A stretch of 63,955 nt of DNA, the filler included, from Octopus bimaculoides (Eukaryota): assembly GCF_001194135.2 (NCBI RefSeq). It is 7 parts of 4 records of this genome, joined end to end, with 100 filler letters (N's around TTAATTAATTAA, not from the genome) between each part and the next. Parts side by side here need not be neighbours in the genome. Positions count along the whole stretch, not along the records: positions 62,837 to 63,955 come from NC_068983.1; 6 more parts are not named here. One strand, given 5' to 3'. Shown one piece after another: positions 63,453 to 63,955 of this stretch. A program made the translations under genes and the position numbers. The stretch's first letter is position 1. Each line of letters starts with the position of its first letter. The notes under the pieces are model-generated. The model made no database searches, was not told where the DNA came from, and saw only the letters and a program-made list of their open reading frames with translations.

Positions 63453-63955
63453 TCACATATTGGAAAACTGAATATGACATTCAATGAATAAGACATTTTA
63501 TCATGCTTACTAAAGAACAACGAAAATCATAACAGCAAAGACAGCAACAACACAAAGTAACAACATAGAGTTTTACCTTCTCCTCTATTTTTTTGGTCCT
63601 TTTTTTCATTGTACCTTTTTTGCATTACCTTTGTCCTTTACTCAGGTACGTGTCACTCATCCCTTGACCACCATTTAGTGAAGTCGGGAAATCGAATCAC
63701 AAACGTCGGGTTGTCGGCAACTAAACGGGTAATTCCACAGGGCTTGCTTTGTGAGGACGGTGTGTTTATGGTATTTGGATCTCCCTGGAGGATGGAGAAG
63801 GATACTTGTGTAAGGGCGGAAAACTCTGAGTAGTCAATGGCCATCCAAATAGCGTTTCTTCATTAGTTATGCTGCCGATAAAGTCATAACTGTTTAGGGC
63901 AGCAGTGATAATAATAATGAACATTATATGTATATATATATGTATATATATATAT

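Overview
AT-rich, microsatellite-saturated, gap-ridden animal genomic DNA. The repeat landscape suggests a coleoid cephalopod, probably Octopus (inference, not verified). No host protein-coding gene, rRNA, functional tRNA or CRISPR array can be established; only short exon-like candidates are seen. The window is a transposon graveyard: several decayed mariner copies, a full-length hAT (Buster-like) transposase fossil, L1/Tx1-like ORF1 and ORF2 pieces, an RTE endonuclease piece, an R2-superfamily (HERO-like) RT piece, Penelope-like GIY-YIG fossils, Helitron-like ends and many tRNA-derived SINE copies. The most interesting signal is three minimal type-I hammerhead-ribozyme motifs, all on the minus strand (4683-4727, 7661-7706, 17537-17586). 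One lies in a 320-bp unit made of a tRNA-like Pol III head, an (AAT)n tract and the hammerhead, flanked by a 55-bp inverted copy of its own tail, which suggests a ribozyme-bearing SINE-like element mobilised by Penelope-like machinery. Other structures of note are a permuted local duplication, an inverted repeat around telomeric repeats, a perfect 44-bp foldback, a dimeric SINE and a pre-miRNA-like hairpin. Six artificial N44-TTAATTAATTAA-N44 joins and an Illumina adapter mean adjacency across those joins is unproven. Many TE and SINE boundaries are approximate, and all family assignments come from motif recognition without a database search.
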